Source: Chrysomallon squamiferum (taxonomy: Eukaryota; Animalia; Mollusca). From it: DNA of 64,000 nucleotides. Positions 36,273 to 50,270 of this stretch are shown one piece after another; the first letter of the stretch is position 1; each line of letters opens with the position of its first letter. The DNA lies in NCBI GenBank assembly GCA_012295275.1, contig CM022670.1:37696001-37760000 (forward strand), given 5' to 3'. The notes beneath the pieces were generated by a model. The model was given only the letters and a program-made list of their open reading frames with translations, was not told the origin of the DNA and made no database searches. The position numbers and the translations under genes are program-made.

Positions 36273-39200
36273 CATTTGTGATCACACTACATGATATATC
36301 TACATATATACATATATATATATATTTTTAAATTGTTAAGTTTAGTATGTTAAGAACAGTTTTAGATGAAAGAAAAACAGTAATGCTATGGCTGGTTAAT
36401 ATGGTACTGTTAAATGAGTTTAACGCAACAATTTCAGAGTGTCTTTGGTGATTTGCGCAGATTGTTCGTTAGATTGGTGATTAGAGAACTGTTTCTCTAA
36501 ATATTGTTGGGATGTTTTTAGAGAGTTGTATTAAATTTTTTTTTTTTTTTTTAATGTAGATGAGTGTTCATTTGGTTGATACCATTATTAATATTTGGTT
36601 AAAATACAAAAAAAAAACATTCAAGGACTATTAAGAAAATGAACTAAGTACAGTGAATATGGTGAAGATGTAAAACATAAATGGTGTTTTTTCAAATTAA
36701 AACATAATTTGATCTATACTTCAATAATCAGTGAAGTAACTACTACTATTATTTGTTATCACATTACAGTCATTTTGTTATCTTAGAATTTGATATGAAT
36801 TTTTCTTCGTATAAGATCTGTACAAAGGTTTGAAATCGTTGACATTAATTTTTTTTAATATTCTTTTTTTGCATGATGGCATAAAGATTATGGCCATTAG
36901 CCTTTCATTTATTTTAAAAGGAATATTTTAATGTAATTATATTTTATACATCATTCAGTTGTACCATCATATAATTATTGGTAATAAACTATTTATCTGT
37001 ATTCATAGAGAAGAAAACACAATCAAACATGAGGTATTCCCACTATTCTGTGTTATTCCTGCCAGACAAAAATTGTTTCTGTATGCAGTTTTGATGCTGT
37101 TTGCTTCTGAATATATGTCATGCGATCTTTTACATGCTAAATGAATTTAAACATTCCTAGTGTGTGCAAAAAAAAGTATTGTTAAATGGCTTATAAATTA
37201 TATTCTAAATAATGCTGAAATTTCCAAGGTATAAAACACTGAAAATGGGGAAAACCTTTTTTTTTTTTTTTTAAGTATACCTTAAGGGTTTTTAAATATT
37301 CTTTATTGCATTTATTTAGTAATCTATGTATTGTTTTCAACAGATTTTGCTGAATCATGTAAGAATATATAAATTTTTTCTTGAGGCAGTTAAATACATT
37401 TAACATACTCTTTGCTTTAAGTGTAGTTAAGTTAAAACATTTTTCCAATAAAGTCACATTGTATATATTGTATTATTATTATTAATAATTTTATTTTTAA
37501 TTTCTTTAATTCTTTCTTTCTTATTTTTTTAAATGGGGGTTTTGTGATCAAAATGTTTGGAATCCAGAAGGTTTATAGTAAATATTTTGATTTTTTAATT
37601 TGGTTTTGGTGTTCAGTAAATCTGTTTGTGTACAATGAATTACCACTATTGCATTTGGTTTAATCACAATAAACAAATACCTTGAAATTTGTAATGTTTA
37701 ATCAGGTTTTCATATCTTTTTTAATTTATTTTTTTTGTAATTGTTGAAGATTTATTTTACAGCACCATTACTTATAAATTTTTATATATTGCAGTCATAA
37801 ATATTTTTAAAATTGAGATGAATTTCTTTATAATTTTATGGATAAGTATTATTGGTAGTATTATTAGTAGAAAAAAATATTTTGCACAGACGTGTATATA
37901 TCAGGAGAAAATGGCATGTCCTATAACATCACTTTAAAGTATTATTCTAGACATATTCCTAAAAAATGGAACTAATTGTAAAATGTTTACAAACAATAGA
38001 TAAAGATCATGAATAATATTTCTTTTAAAATTAATATTGAGTAGTCACATGACTAATACTGTGTAAAATTAACTGGTTAAAATGCAGATATGGTGAACTT
38101 GTCAAAAGTTAGCTGTACAAGTAAAACAGCACAAAGTAGTAGTAAAAAAAAAGAAAAAAAGAATAATAATGATGTGGTTCTTGTTTATTTTTTCCATCTT
38201 TGATCTCAACACTTAATTTGAAATTATTTATTTGCTTTGTTTATAGTGTTAGGAGTAATCTATTTATTATATTATTAATTTATTATATTTCTTATTATTT
38301 TTTTAAATGTTAATACATAAAAATAAATCTTCTCAGTTTTTTAATAGGAAAATAATTCTACTGATTTTTTTTTAATTTATTTCTTGCCATTAAGTTTACG
38401 AAAAAGATAGAATGAAGTATGCTTTTTGAAAAAAATAAACACTTAGAAAAATGAGATTTTAGGAGATTGTTTTTCCCCACATTTTATTATTACTATTTTA
38501 TTTTATTATTATTATTTTTTTTTTTTTTTTTTGAACATAAATTTTCCAGGCCAATTTATAGCAAATGAAAAGAGTGTGAGAAAAAAAAAAAAAAAAAATG
38601 GTTGCTTGTTAGCTACCATTTCACTTTTAAATATTTGTAAAAAGAAAGATTAACTTTTTTTTTATTGAATTTATATTTATATTTTATTTCTAGTCTTTCA
38701 TATATGTCACAAGGATGAATTAGTGCTATCATAATGTTTAGTGAAATCATATCTGGTAAAAAAAAAAAAAACTTTTTATAATCAGTATTAGTTAACACTG
38801 TATTTGCTTATGTGTTTTACACATGCACTGTGCATGCAGATGAGTGGGGATGAGAGCACATGCTTATGTTTTTTTAAATACATGATTTGTTACTGTATTA
38901 TTAAGTTTCAGGTGTTGTCAAGATTATTTTGTGTTAAAAAGTGGAAGTTTTTGCTTGACTTGTGTTAAAATATCTCTGTTGTTTGCTGTAGTCAAACTGT
39001 TTGGCATCAGTGTTGAATTTAATGTTGTATTAAACTGCTTTGCATTTTGCTTATTAAATATTTAGGTAAACTCTTGTAGTGATAATCTGTATTGCTTTGT
39101 TTGTATGTAAAAAAATAGTTTGATAAATTGTTGATGACTGTTTTGTTTTTTTTGCATATGAATTGAGATTTGCTCAGTGGTTAAGGAGTATTTGTAATGG

Positions 39201-39715
39201 AATAAATAGAAATACATTTTGTGTAATTCCAACTTTTATGAGGCAGTTTACCACCAACCTTTGATAATGATAAAGTATAATAATATGGTAATTACTATAT
39301 GAGGATGCTTGGTGTCTATTATTGTTCCTGTTACATGATAATGTGCATAGAAATCTTAAAATGTCTGATAAAGTGATTTGACAATGATGTATGAACGGTC
39401 ATGAAAAAAAAAAAAATGGCAGCTTCTGTTATAGCAAATTATATGAAAAATAAGCAAAATGTATTTAGACCATTTGTTCCTTTACCTGATACTCTTTAAT
39501 TAAGAAAACAGCTTTCATGTGAGGAACCTGTGCCTTCAAAGCATTGTTCTGTTAAATACATGAAATTGTCCAGGAGACAAATGAAATTTTTAAACTTGCA
39601 TTTAAGACTGCCATTTTGTATAAGATGTGTTTCCGCAACATGTCAGGTTATTTGTCTTTTATGCATTATGATATACTCAGTTGAATTTGTAAAATTAAAT
39701 GTTTTTATAAAACGA

Positions 39716-39751
<36 letters not shown>

Positions 39752-41452
39752 TTGTTCAATATGAAAAGATTCACATAGTCTTAGTTCTAGAATTCCAACT
39801 ATATTACACTGAAAATTATGTTGAATTCATTTCAAGAAAAAAAAAAATTACATATATTTATTATTTTTTAAATATATGTCTTACTGTTATTTGGTCAACC
39901 ATTATCAAGTACACATGAAGAAAAATTAAATTTCTTTGTCCATTATTTTTTGAAAGCCATTTTATACATATTTTGTAGGCATTTTGCTTTTTGAGATAAC
40001 CTATATCTTTTCTCATATTTGTAATTCTTTATCAACAGCTTGTTAGTTTAATGAATTATTATTTGTTATATCAAATACATCACTTTATATATATACACTG
40101 GGTACTGGTTCAGGAAACATCAGGCCAAACTGTGGTGCTGTATTGTTGACTCAGCAATGTATTATGCACATTATTGGTAAATACAGACAAGTATTTCAGT
40201 TATTTAGACAAATATATCATAAAAAATGTGATAGATTTTACAAATACTGGACATAATTTTTTTTCCTCCATGTATTGTATAATGCACCTTTCAGTGAATA
40301 TATATATACACACACATGTAAAATACATCACGAGGGAAATTGGTTACTGAAGTCATGTAATTATGAGTACTGTATTTACAACATAGTATTTTAAAATAAA
40401 ATTTACTTATGCTTATTACCACCCCTACTGTGTTTTGGGAGAGAATGTTGGGGTTTTTTTCATCTTTTTTTCTTATTATTGCTGTATTTTTTCTTTTTGT
40501 GGTATGTATGTAATGCATCAAGAATATGTTTGTCTAAGAGTATTCCTTTAAATTGCATACTTAATGTTGTTTTCTTTTAAAACATTTTATCAGGTTTTAG
40601 AAGTTTTTATCTACATACTCCATCTTGAATACAGAAATCGGGGTTCTCAAGAAATGTTTTGAAGCTTTTCTTTTGATATTTTCTGAGTCACAGTGATGAA
40701 AGCAGAAAAAAATGTACAAACTACTGTGAGTTCAGATTGCTCAAGTATAATAAAATATCTAAGCATAAATATATATAAATTCATCATGTCTGAGCACTTT
40801 TCAAGAAATTAATTATTACCTGTCAAAAAAGCATAATAATTTTTATTTTAATTTTGTAATTACAAGTATTATTATTTTATTTTTTTAAATTTTCACATGG
40901 ATATCGGCTCTGAAAGTTTGTCACATTTAATAACTTCCAAAGTTTTATTGAATGTATCTTTGTATCAACATTAGAAACTTATTCCATAATTTATATTTAA
41001 TTGAGTTGTATGTGCATGTGTTGTGATGAATTTGAAAGAGAAAAGCGGATAATTCTTCATTGTCATTGTTAACATCATTCAGAAGAAGCTAAAAGCTAGA
41101 AAAGATTGAACATTGAAAAAGCATATTCGTCTCATTTAATACATTGATTTGCATACGTGTGATGAATTTGTCATGGAATTGTGGAAAATCCTTCACATTC
41201 TCAGTATTATCATCATTATGGAGGACCGAAAAATTTCTTTCTCAGAGTGTGTTAGTTATATACTTCAGGTGTTCTAAGCCTGTGATATGTAAACTTTGGT
41301 AAACTTTCTTGTATTGATCATCATCATAATATATATTTTAGAAATTCTATTTGTTTTTTCTACTACTATTACCTTTCTCCATACTTTTTAAAATGGGTTT
41401 GTTAAGTGATATAAATTTTGGATTACGATATATTTATATATGTATGTATGTA

Positions 41453-41456
<4 letters not shown>

Positions 41457-41499
<43 letters not shown>
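41457..41499. repeat. (TA)n microsatellite
   Basis: Direct reading. Confidence 0.95.
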
Positions 41500-41501
<2 letters not shown>

Positions 41502-41799
41502 ATCTATGTATGTATGTATGTAGGTATGTAAGAATGTATTATCAAAAATCATGTTTTTATAACAAACCAGTATAATTAGGGAATTAAGGTTTTATTTTAT
41601 TATTATTATTGTTTTTTTTTTTAGTGGTTATTCAGTTTAACATGTACATGTATATAGTATCTAAATGATCATTGTTGATGCTTATGATTGTTTGTTTTTT
41701 TCTTTTTTCCTTTCTTTTTGTTGTTTTGCAGTTAACTGTGTCAAATTTGTTTTATTATATGTGTACAGCTTTCATTGCTATAGCCCTACAATGGGATGT

Positions 41800-41805
41800 A
41801 ATAAA
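41800..41805 (+). terminator. Candidate distal poly(A) signal of L3MBTL
   Basis: AATAAA with upstream TGTA elements and a downstream GT/T-rich tract; many other AATAAA hexamers exist nearby. Confidence 0.35.
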
Positions 41806-42420
41806 AGATGTATAAACACAGAATATTTCTGATTTGGTTGTTATTTATTTTTTCTTCTTCCGAGTTCATTTCAGTTCTTATTTTTAGAATTTCTTATTTT
41901 ATTTTTAAAAACAAATTTTCTTAATCTGAAATGACAATTCCAGATTATTATTTTTTTTTTTTTTAAAGAAAGATGACCTTTTGGAAGAGAGTTTAGATCT
42001 GCAGATAATGGATACTTCTTTTATGTAGTACATATTAGGCACGAATAAATAATTATTAATAAATTAAAATAAAAAAATAAAATAAAAATAAATAACATTG
42101 TTTTTTTTAATCACAAAACACATGAAAATGGTCATTTAAAAGAATGCAAAAATAGACTACAGAATAAAACGACATTTAGCCTCAATTCTTGAGGTGAATA
42201 ATAAACATTATAGGAAAGGTGGTATCCCCACTAAATCATTAGAACCATGTCCTATAAAGAATTGCAATGTTTTAATGCTGGAATGTCTGAGAATATTGAT
42301 GGTTGCATAAGAATTTGGAAAAGACCGAATAACACAGGAATAATTCTACTGTGTGCATTTTTTTTTGAAGAGGCCTAGTTTAGACAGAGAGAGAGAGAGA
42401 GCAGGGAACTAGTTTAACCT

Positions 42421-42515
42421 GGATTATTTCACATTCCACCCAGAGCTGATTTACCATAGTATATACTTTCCTTTCTGTGGAAAGGTGCATATAAAAAGTG
42501 CCATGCTGTTAATGA
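42421..42515 (+). mobile_element. Decayed SINE-family fragment
   Basis: TTATTTCACATTCCA...TCTGTGGAAAGGTGCATATAAAA...GCTGTTAAT core. Confidence 0.5.
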
Positions 42516-42784
42516 ATGGAAGTAGAACCAAGGTTTTTACAATTTTTCAGAATAACATTTTTGACTCCAAATAATCATTAAAATCAATATGAAGTATTGT
42601 TAAATATGTGTTTATCTACTGTTCACTAATTAAACATTATATTACTACATTTCATATTTGTGTACACCATGTTCCTTATTTTTATTAATGTTGAATTTCA
42701 TGTAATAATTGTCAAACAAACATTTTACAAAAATGGCAAGGATGTGATCTGTGTGAAAATTTCGTTAAATTTAACTGTTTAATT

Positions 42785-42815
<31 letters not shown>

Positions 42816-43239
42816 TTATTATTATTATTATTAATTTTGTTTAGCAACAGATATATTAATGTATTCAAATAATATACAATTAATTGTTTATTCAAACATA
42901 TTATTAAACTTGCATGTGTTTGTGTGTGGGTGTGTATTTTAATATAGGTGTTTTTGTTTTTTTTCAAATAGTGTGATATAATGACTGAAGAATAATGTCT
43001 AAATGTTTTTTGGTTTTTAATTATTCATAATTAAATGTATTTCCTTGAAAAACTAAAATTCCTTGAAAAATAGTTCAGTAAATAAAACAAAAAACAAAAA
43101 AACAAAGAAATAATTTAAATAAACATTTCAAGAATAGTATCATCTATTGTGAGAAATACTGATTGTCACAATTTAAATTAGTGTTTTAAATGAAACTGCA
43201 TTATTTAATTGTTTCCCGAGTAGAGCCTCAATGTTTATT

Positions 43240-43375
43240 TGCGTTACCACTTCCAGGTCACGTGTTTTACAGGAGGCGAAAATAGCAACTGAAAACATGG
43301 CGTTGGCCTATAAGTTTTCTAGTTGATCCAGTAAATTTTTGGATATAAATATAATTTAGGAATACTAAATCAAAG
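43240..43375 (+). promoter_or_regulatory. Probable MAK promoter and non-coding first exon
   Basis: Small CpG patch with ETS-like ACTTCC, E-box GTCACGTG, half X-box TAGCAAC and YY1-type AACATGGCG; donor AAG|GTAATT at 43375/43376; acceptor ttttcag at 43983. Confidence 0.55.
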
Positions 43376-44161
43376 GTAATTATTTTTTAATATATTTTCT
43401 GATATTTTATGTATTATAAATTTTATTAGTAAGGACTTCTGTGTATACGGAAAAGTTTAAATATAGAATTCCAAAGACGTATCTAGATAATTTGTGAGAT
43501 TTTGTCAAAACATTTTTTGTTTCTATCAAACATAAGAAGTACTTTGTCAGTTGTTTTCATTCTGTATTATACGAGGTTTGTTCTTTAATGTTTAACAACA
43601 TATTGTTTTGGTTGAGGAACACTACAACCACAGTTACTAGTTTTATATCACCTTAACGAAATTTACTAAATAAATGTAAATAATAAAAATGAAAAAACAT
43701 TTGTCATTTTCCAAGTTTACCGACATTCAAGCTTTATAAATTACACCGTTGGAGTGTTAGTCTGAATTAAAATTAACAGCAAAAGATAAGATTTACTTAT
43801 AAATTATTAAGATCAGTTCCAAATCATTTTAATGAATATTTTCAGATCTTTAAATTTTAATAGTTAAATAGGTTATTTTATAAATATAAAGCAAACATTA
43901 TCAATAAATTTAAAAAATGTGAAGTAACATATATTAATATATATCATTTATAACAATTTATCATTTCTATTTTGCATTTTCAGGTATAAAACAATGTAAA
44001 AGATTCACTGAATGGACATTAACAACTGACAACATTTCTCTGACATGGTTAAGGCATGTCATTAGAACAGACAGTTGTGATATCCACTTTGTTTTCACAG
44101 AGGACTAGTTTTTCTTTTCTTTTTTCATAAAGATATTAGGACATATTCTTTTGTTTCCAAA

Positions 44162-44262
44162 ATGAATCGCTATCAGATAATTAAACAGCTTGGTGATGGC
44201 ACATATGGCAGTGTGCTGCTGGCTCACACCATTGAAGGAGGTGAAAAAGTTGCTATTAAAAA
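44162..44262 (+). CDS. MAK: MAK coding exon 1
   Basis: [33 protein letters not shown]|GTAAGT. Confidence 0.95.
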
Positions 44263-44664
44263 GTAAGTATATATTCAACTTTTGGTTATATATTAAAATA
44301 TTAGCATTAAAAAAAAAAATTAAAAATTGAAGGTCAAGCTTTCCACCAGACCCTTTTTCTTCCAGAAAAAAATATTAGCAGTTCAAAATACTTTTATTAA
44401 TTTACTTGTTGCTGTAGAAGTCAAAATTTTGACATCGCCTGTACCTACAATATTGACCCCTTCTAAACAATACTTTGTTGGAATTATAATGGAGGGTTTG
44501 GTATCATGTTTGCATGGGAATCATATACTTTTACCATTGTTAAAACAATTTTGCCATTACATGTTATACCTATAGTGATAAAGTTAAAAATATAATATAA
44601 TTATATTTTGTGAAGAGTAAGGAGCAGTCAGCTATTTTTCTGAAGTCTTTTTATGTTAAATATT

Positions 44665-44714
<50 letters not shown>

Positions 44715-46815
44715 TTAATAAATAAATAAATAATAATCAATTATAATGAGGAAGTATTGTCATAAATACATATTTAAATTACTCTAAACCCCAATAAATT
44801 ATTTTGATCAAATATATTTAGAATTTCATACTAATTATTATAAATACTAAATATAAAGCTCACTTACAAGTTTTTGGCATGTCATACAACTTAACAATAA
44901 TGTAACAAAGGTAGTTATATGCACAGGTAGCTTACATGATCTGAAGCAAAAGCAGATATATAAAGAAAATATTTAACATTATTATAAACAGAAAAAATAA
45001 AAATAAACATCTTTAATAAAACTGTTCTTTAAAAATCATCTATTTTCTTTCATTAATCAAAGTACATCTGTACTTTTACTTTATTCGTTACATACTTATT
45101 TAAACATACAGTCAAATACTGACTTAGGAAATCTGATTATCATGGGCCTAACTGTCTTGAAGTTTAGACATCTCTGTCATTACTTTATAGTAATTACTTT
45201 TCACACGCCACCATAAATGTATGCAGCTAATCAGCTGAATATCTCTATGGTGACATTATGGTTGTTACCTGGTTGGTGACATTTACACTGTTGTGACAAA
45301 GGAAACATCTGCTAGCATTCATTTAAATTTCACGAATGCATAACAACTACTGTCATACTTTCTTAGATTAGAGAATATTGATCATACTGCACAAATACAA
45401 ATAGAAAATTTGTATGCATACATAGTTGTGTGTGTGTGTCTGTGAATTAATATAAACTATTTAGTCATAACATTCACAACTATTGGTTTGACTGTAATGA
45501 GCAAAGTTAGTGGGATTAAAAAATAAAAACATTTATATAATGAGGCAGCATGAGCTGATAAACTATTATTGATAGTTTGTGGTTTAAATATACATACAAA
45601 ATATTTCTCTTAATTTTCCCATTTTATGTGCAGGCACTTTTATTTAAAAAAAATAAAATAATAATAATAATAATAATTAAAAAAATAAGGAAAAAAAACG
45701 TCCTGCAAATTGTTTTATTTTTTTAATATTTTTATTTTTTTTATATCTTTTTTATTTGCACAAGCTTTTGTTTAGAATGATAAACAACAGTATCAGTTGC
45801 CAGTTTACAGTAATTTTTAATAAATTATGAAGAACACTGGGTGTGATCGTTTGACTATTGATATGTAACTATTGATTGGTTTCTCAATTGTCACAGTCGA
45901 CAATGTGTGTTATTTATTGATTATTGATATAACTATTGTTCTTGTTGTGTCCTAAAACATCTAGCTGGTCTATATTTATGTCGTTATTTATTATTTATAT
46001 GAAATAATACATTATATGTATTAAATGTTGAAACATTAGGTGAGGTAAAACACTTGAGAATGTGTCAAAAAAAGGAAAATCAAACAAATAACAAACAAAT
46101 AAGGAAGTTGAATAACGTTTTATATGTGAAAGTTATGCCTTCAGTTGGTTTTTAATATTAACTTTACATAATTAATCAAATAATAATAAATTAATTAATT
46201 CTTGATTATCTGTTTTTCATTTTTTTTTTTTTTTTGTCCATAGCAGAAAAGACATTTAGAAAATGTATTTAATTTTATTTAGTTTACAGTCTTTTCAAAA
46301 TTGTGCACAAACTTGGATGAATTTTATCAATCCCCTTTAATAATAATAATAATAATAGGTGAAAGTTGAAAAATTTCCCATGAACCAAATAAATTATTAT
46401 AATGCATGAGGATCTCGCTTTTCCTTCAGAAAAATAAATGGGGTGTTTGCCTTGAACCATCTGACCTATAATAGAAACTGAAACTGATACAAACCACCAT
46501 GTACTTGTGATTTAGTATGTTGATTTGTTTCCGTGCCGGTTTGAATAACTCCAGTTATCATCTCAACAGATCAGAATTTAAATAATGAGAAACTGGTGAA
46601 CCATGCCTCTTGACACTTTCAGTGGTGTTAATGTTATTTTTTTCTTCTTCTTTACCACAGCTTGCTTTCACAAGAACATGATTTGTTCATTTTTGTATTC
46701 ATTAGTTTCATGATTACATTTTTTTTCTCTCTCTCTCTTGAGATTTTCTAAGCTATATAAGTAGATATCAAATTTACACTGTAGATTTGAACTTCTTAAC
46801 ATGTTTTCAACTAAA

Positions 46816-46855
<40 letters not shown>

Positions 46856-49800
46856 TGTTTGTTTTAGACCAGATTTGCATCGCTTGTTTTTTTAAAGTGT
46901 TGCCACAAAAGGATATTGTCCAAATGTATTTTGGTTTCTAATTAACCATATTTAAACTTACTTCCTTGTAAAACTAAACTGTCCTGAAGTATTTAATTTA
47001 ACAGAGTCATTGCAGTTATAACAATAACTGCTGCTTGACATCAGCTTAATTACTTTTGTCAATAGGCATTAGACCTAATGATCGTAACCATATAAACAGT
47101 GTGTATTGTTAATTAGAATCCAATCAATATAAATTCTAGATCTAGATCTGAAGGAAGGAAGAAATGTTTTATTAAACTATGTACTCAAAACATTATATAT
47201 GGTGCCGCCATATTCCATTATGGTTAAGGACCAAACATATGAAAGACAGAACCAAATGTTACTACCTTAGCATCCACAATGTTTTTTTTATGTACTTTGC
47301 AATAGACAAAAGAAAGCAAATACTGTAGCTTTTGATAAATCTGTTTTGGTATACATGGAATGTCAAATAGCCCATTGGTAGAAGGATCTAAAGGAAAGTT
47401 GCAAACAAGATATTATTAAAAAACTAAAAACAATTCAGTATTCTCCCAAAAACAAAATAAAACAAAAAAAAACAAAACTAAAACAACAACAACAACAAAG
47501 AAAAAAAAAAAAAAAAAAAAAAAAAAACAATTCTCTAAACCAGTCGCAACAAATAAACCATTTATTTTGGATTATAATAAATTCACAAAATCGGTAGAGC
47601 TTGAAGGTAAATATAAAAAAAATCAATTTAATTTGAGAATTTAATGCTTTTGTTTTAAAAAAAAAATAAAGTAAATAAAATAAGTAAAAAAATTTCACTT
47701 CTGTAATTATAAAATTTATTTTTAGAATGAAGAAAAAATACTACTCATGGAATGAGTGCCTTGACCTGCGGGAAGTGAAAGTAAGTATTCACCTTTTAGA
47801 TGTTTTATCACAAAGATCAGCTACATGTGAATGATGTGAAAAAACAGAAGCCTACTTTGTATTGACACCATCAGTACTGATAAGAAAAACCATTTTTCTT
47901 TTGATGCAGCAGGGCAGTTCTAATTTTTTCAAGACTTTGGTTAATAATTATTCTTCTAATATAAATGTAACAGACACAAAATGTTGTTTATGTAGGTAAT
48001 AAATTTGCTGTTCCTTTTTAAACAAATAATAGTTTAATATTTTGTGATAGAAAAAACCAGGATGCAAAAGAATTTTAAAAAGTCATAAGTAAATAAATAA
48101 ACAAAACTTAAGCCTGATTTTGGCTTGTAAGTTAAAATCAGGTATTTACAATATTCTAATTTATTACGTTCGTGTGTCACAATTTTCCTCATCCTATTGA
48201 TGCTGACCAATTTATAATGTTTTATTTCTTCAGTCACTAAGAAAACTAAGCCATGCTAACATCATCAAGCTGAAGGAAGTTATACGAGAGAATGATATGT
48301 TGTATTTTGTGTTTGAGTACATGAAGGAAAACCTTTACCAGATGTTGAAGGATAGGCAAGTATATTTAATAATTTAATGTTATTAGACCTTGTTATTAAA
48401 TGTAATAAAAATGTACCTGTTTTTGACAAAAGAAAACAAAATGTTTATATCAGAATTGTGTAATATTAAGATTTAGGTGATTGCAACAGTTTACTTGTTT
48501 TAAATTATTATTGTTTTTAATTTATATTTGAAAACAAATGCAAAAAGTTCTTTAAATGTATTTTATTGTTTATGCTTGTAGTTAAATAGACAAAAAAAAT
48601 AGTATTTTTGTTTTCATTTTCATAATTTTCATTATTTTTCATTGTTTAATATCATTTGTATTATCTAAAATATTTTTTGTTTTTTTATGCCACATATTTT
48701 TCATTTTGTTAGTAATCAAATCTGAGATTATTTAGCAGATTAACATTTGTTGTAATCTTGTATTTTAAACAAAAACTGTCAAAACATTTGTCTCTTTAGT
48801 CTACATAAATGTGTCTAATCCTGATTAACCCAATTCCCCACATTTTTTTATAAACACTATACACTTTGTTTACCCAAACTACAATAACCAAACTTACAGG
48901 TTTTTAACAACAGTTTCAATTAATCAATAATAAGCTGACTAAGATTTACCTATGTAAATACAAGTTCACGTTCAGAATTAGATCCGAGGCTCTCTGATTG
49001 ATTTCCATTGCACTGGCTTGGAATCAGTGTGTTGCAAGGAATAGCTATATGTGTGTAGTCATCTGTCACATGCCATTCAGGAGTTTGATTGTTACATTCT
49101 GAATGCATTAAGAACATGTCTTTAGAAATAGCTCTCACATTGTCTTCTCACCTGATAGAAGTCTGCTACACAAAATATACAGTGACTTTCAAACAGCTTT
49201 CATTTATTTATTTTTTGTGTGTGAGAAATGTTTGTTTGTGGTGTGTTTGTGTGCAAGCATGCCTGTATATATTAAATAAAGTGGGTTTTTAAAAATATTT
49301 ATATGAGATTTACTGTTAACAATTCAGTTCTGTTCTAGAAAAAACAATTCTTTAATATTTATCCAGTGAATTGTCTTTGTGTTCGTATCATGCAGAAGCT
49401 ATTGTTATTTCATTAAGCTTTTGTTTTCATTTTGAAGAAATATTTAGGAAATTATTTATGTATTTTATAAATATCATGATTAAACTCATTAATTCAACAT
49501 ACAACATAACAATCAGTTCCTTATCAGCAGAATGCTAAATTAAAAAACTGAAAGGTACTAGGACACTAAATGGTACTCAACAAAATCTGCACATAAAAAA
49601 ATAATATATTATACTTGCATTTAATATTTGTTTTATTCATTATTTTATTTTTAACATTATTTTTATTTATTTCGGGAGATGGGGTTGGGTTTTGGTTTGT
49701 CATGCTTAACAAATAAATTTGATTTTAATACTTACAATACAAAATTTTTTTTTAAAACAAAAACATTTGCTTATTGTTCTTATAAATTTACTGTGTATTT

Positions 49801-50237
49801 ACAGGGACAAAATACTTCCTGAATCTGTGGTCAGAAATATAATGTACCAGATCTTGCAAGGCTTGAGTTTCATGCATAAACATGGTAAGTAATAACTGCA
49901 GAATCAATTCAAGCATGAAATCATTAAAAAAGAAACAGTAACATAAGAGAAGCATGCTTTGTCCGTAAGATCTGATATTCTGAGATGCATTTGAGAAAAT
50001 CCTAATTGTTTGTTTATAACTATCCTTGGAAGGCATTAGTTAAATCACTGGCTTTTAAAAAAAAAGTATGCATGGGTATTAGTTCAGATACAGAACTAAT
50101 TGGGAAGGTGAAACCCACTGAACTCTGTCTTTTCTCAACTAAATCATTAACACAGCATTTTGGACACATTGCTATGCTTCTGGATTATTTGATGCAGATT
50201 TCAAATGATTGATTACTTCACTGATTTTATCTGCATA

Positions 50238-50270
<33 letters not shown>

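Noticed and set aside
39168-39192. tRNA A-box-like GCTCAGTGGTTAAG
   Set aside because: No B-box or cloverleaf; at most a SINE remnant
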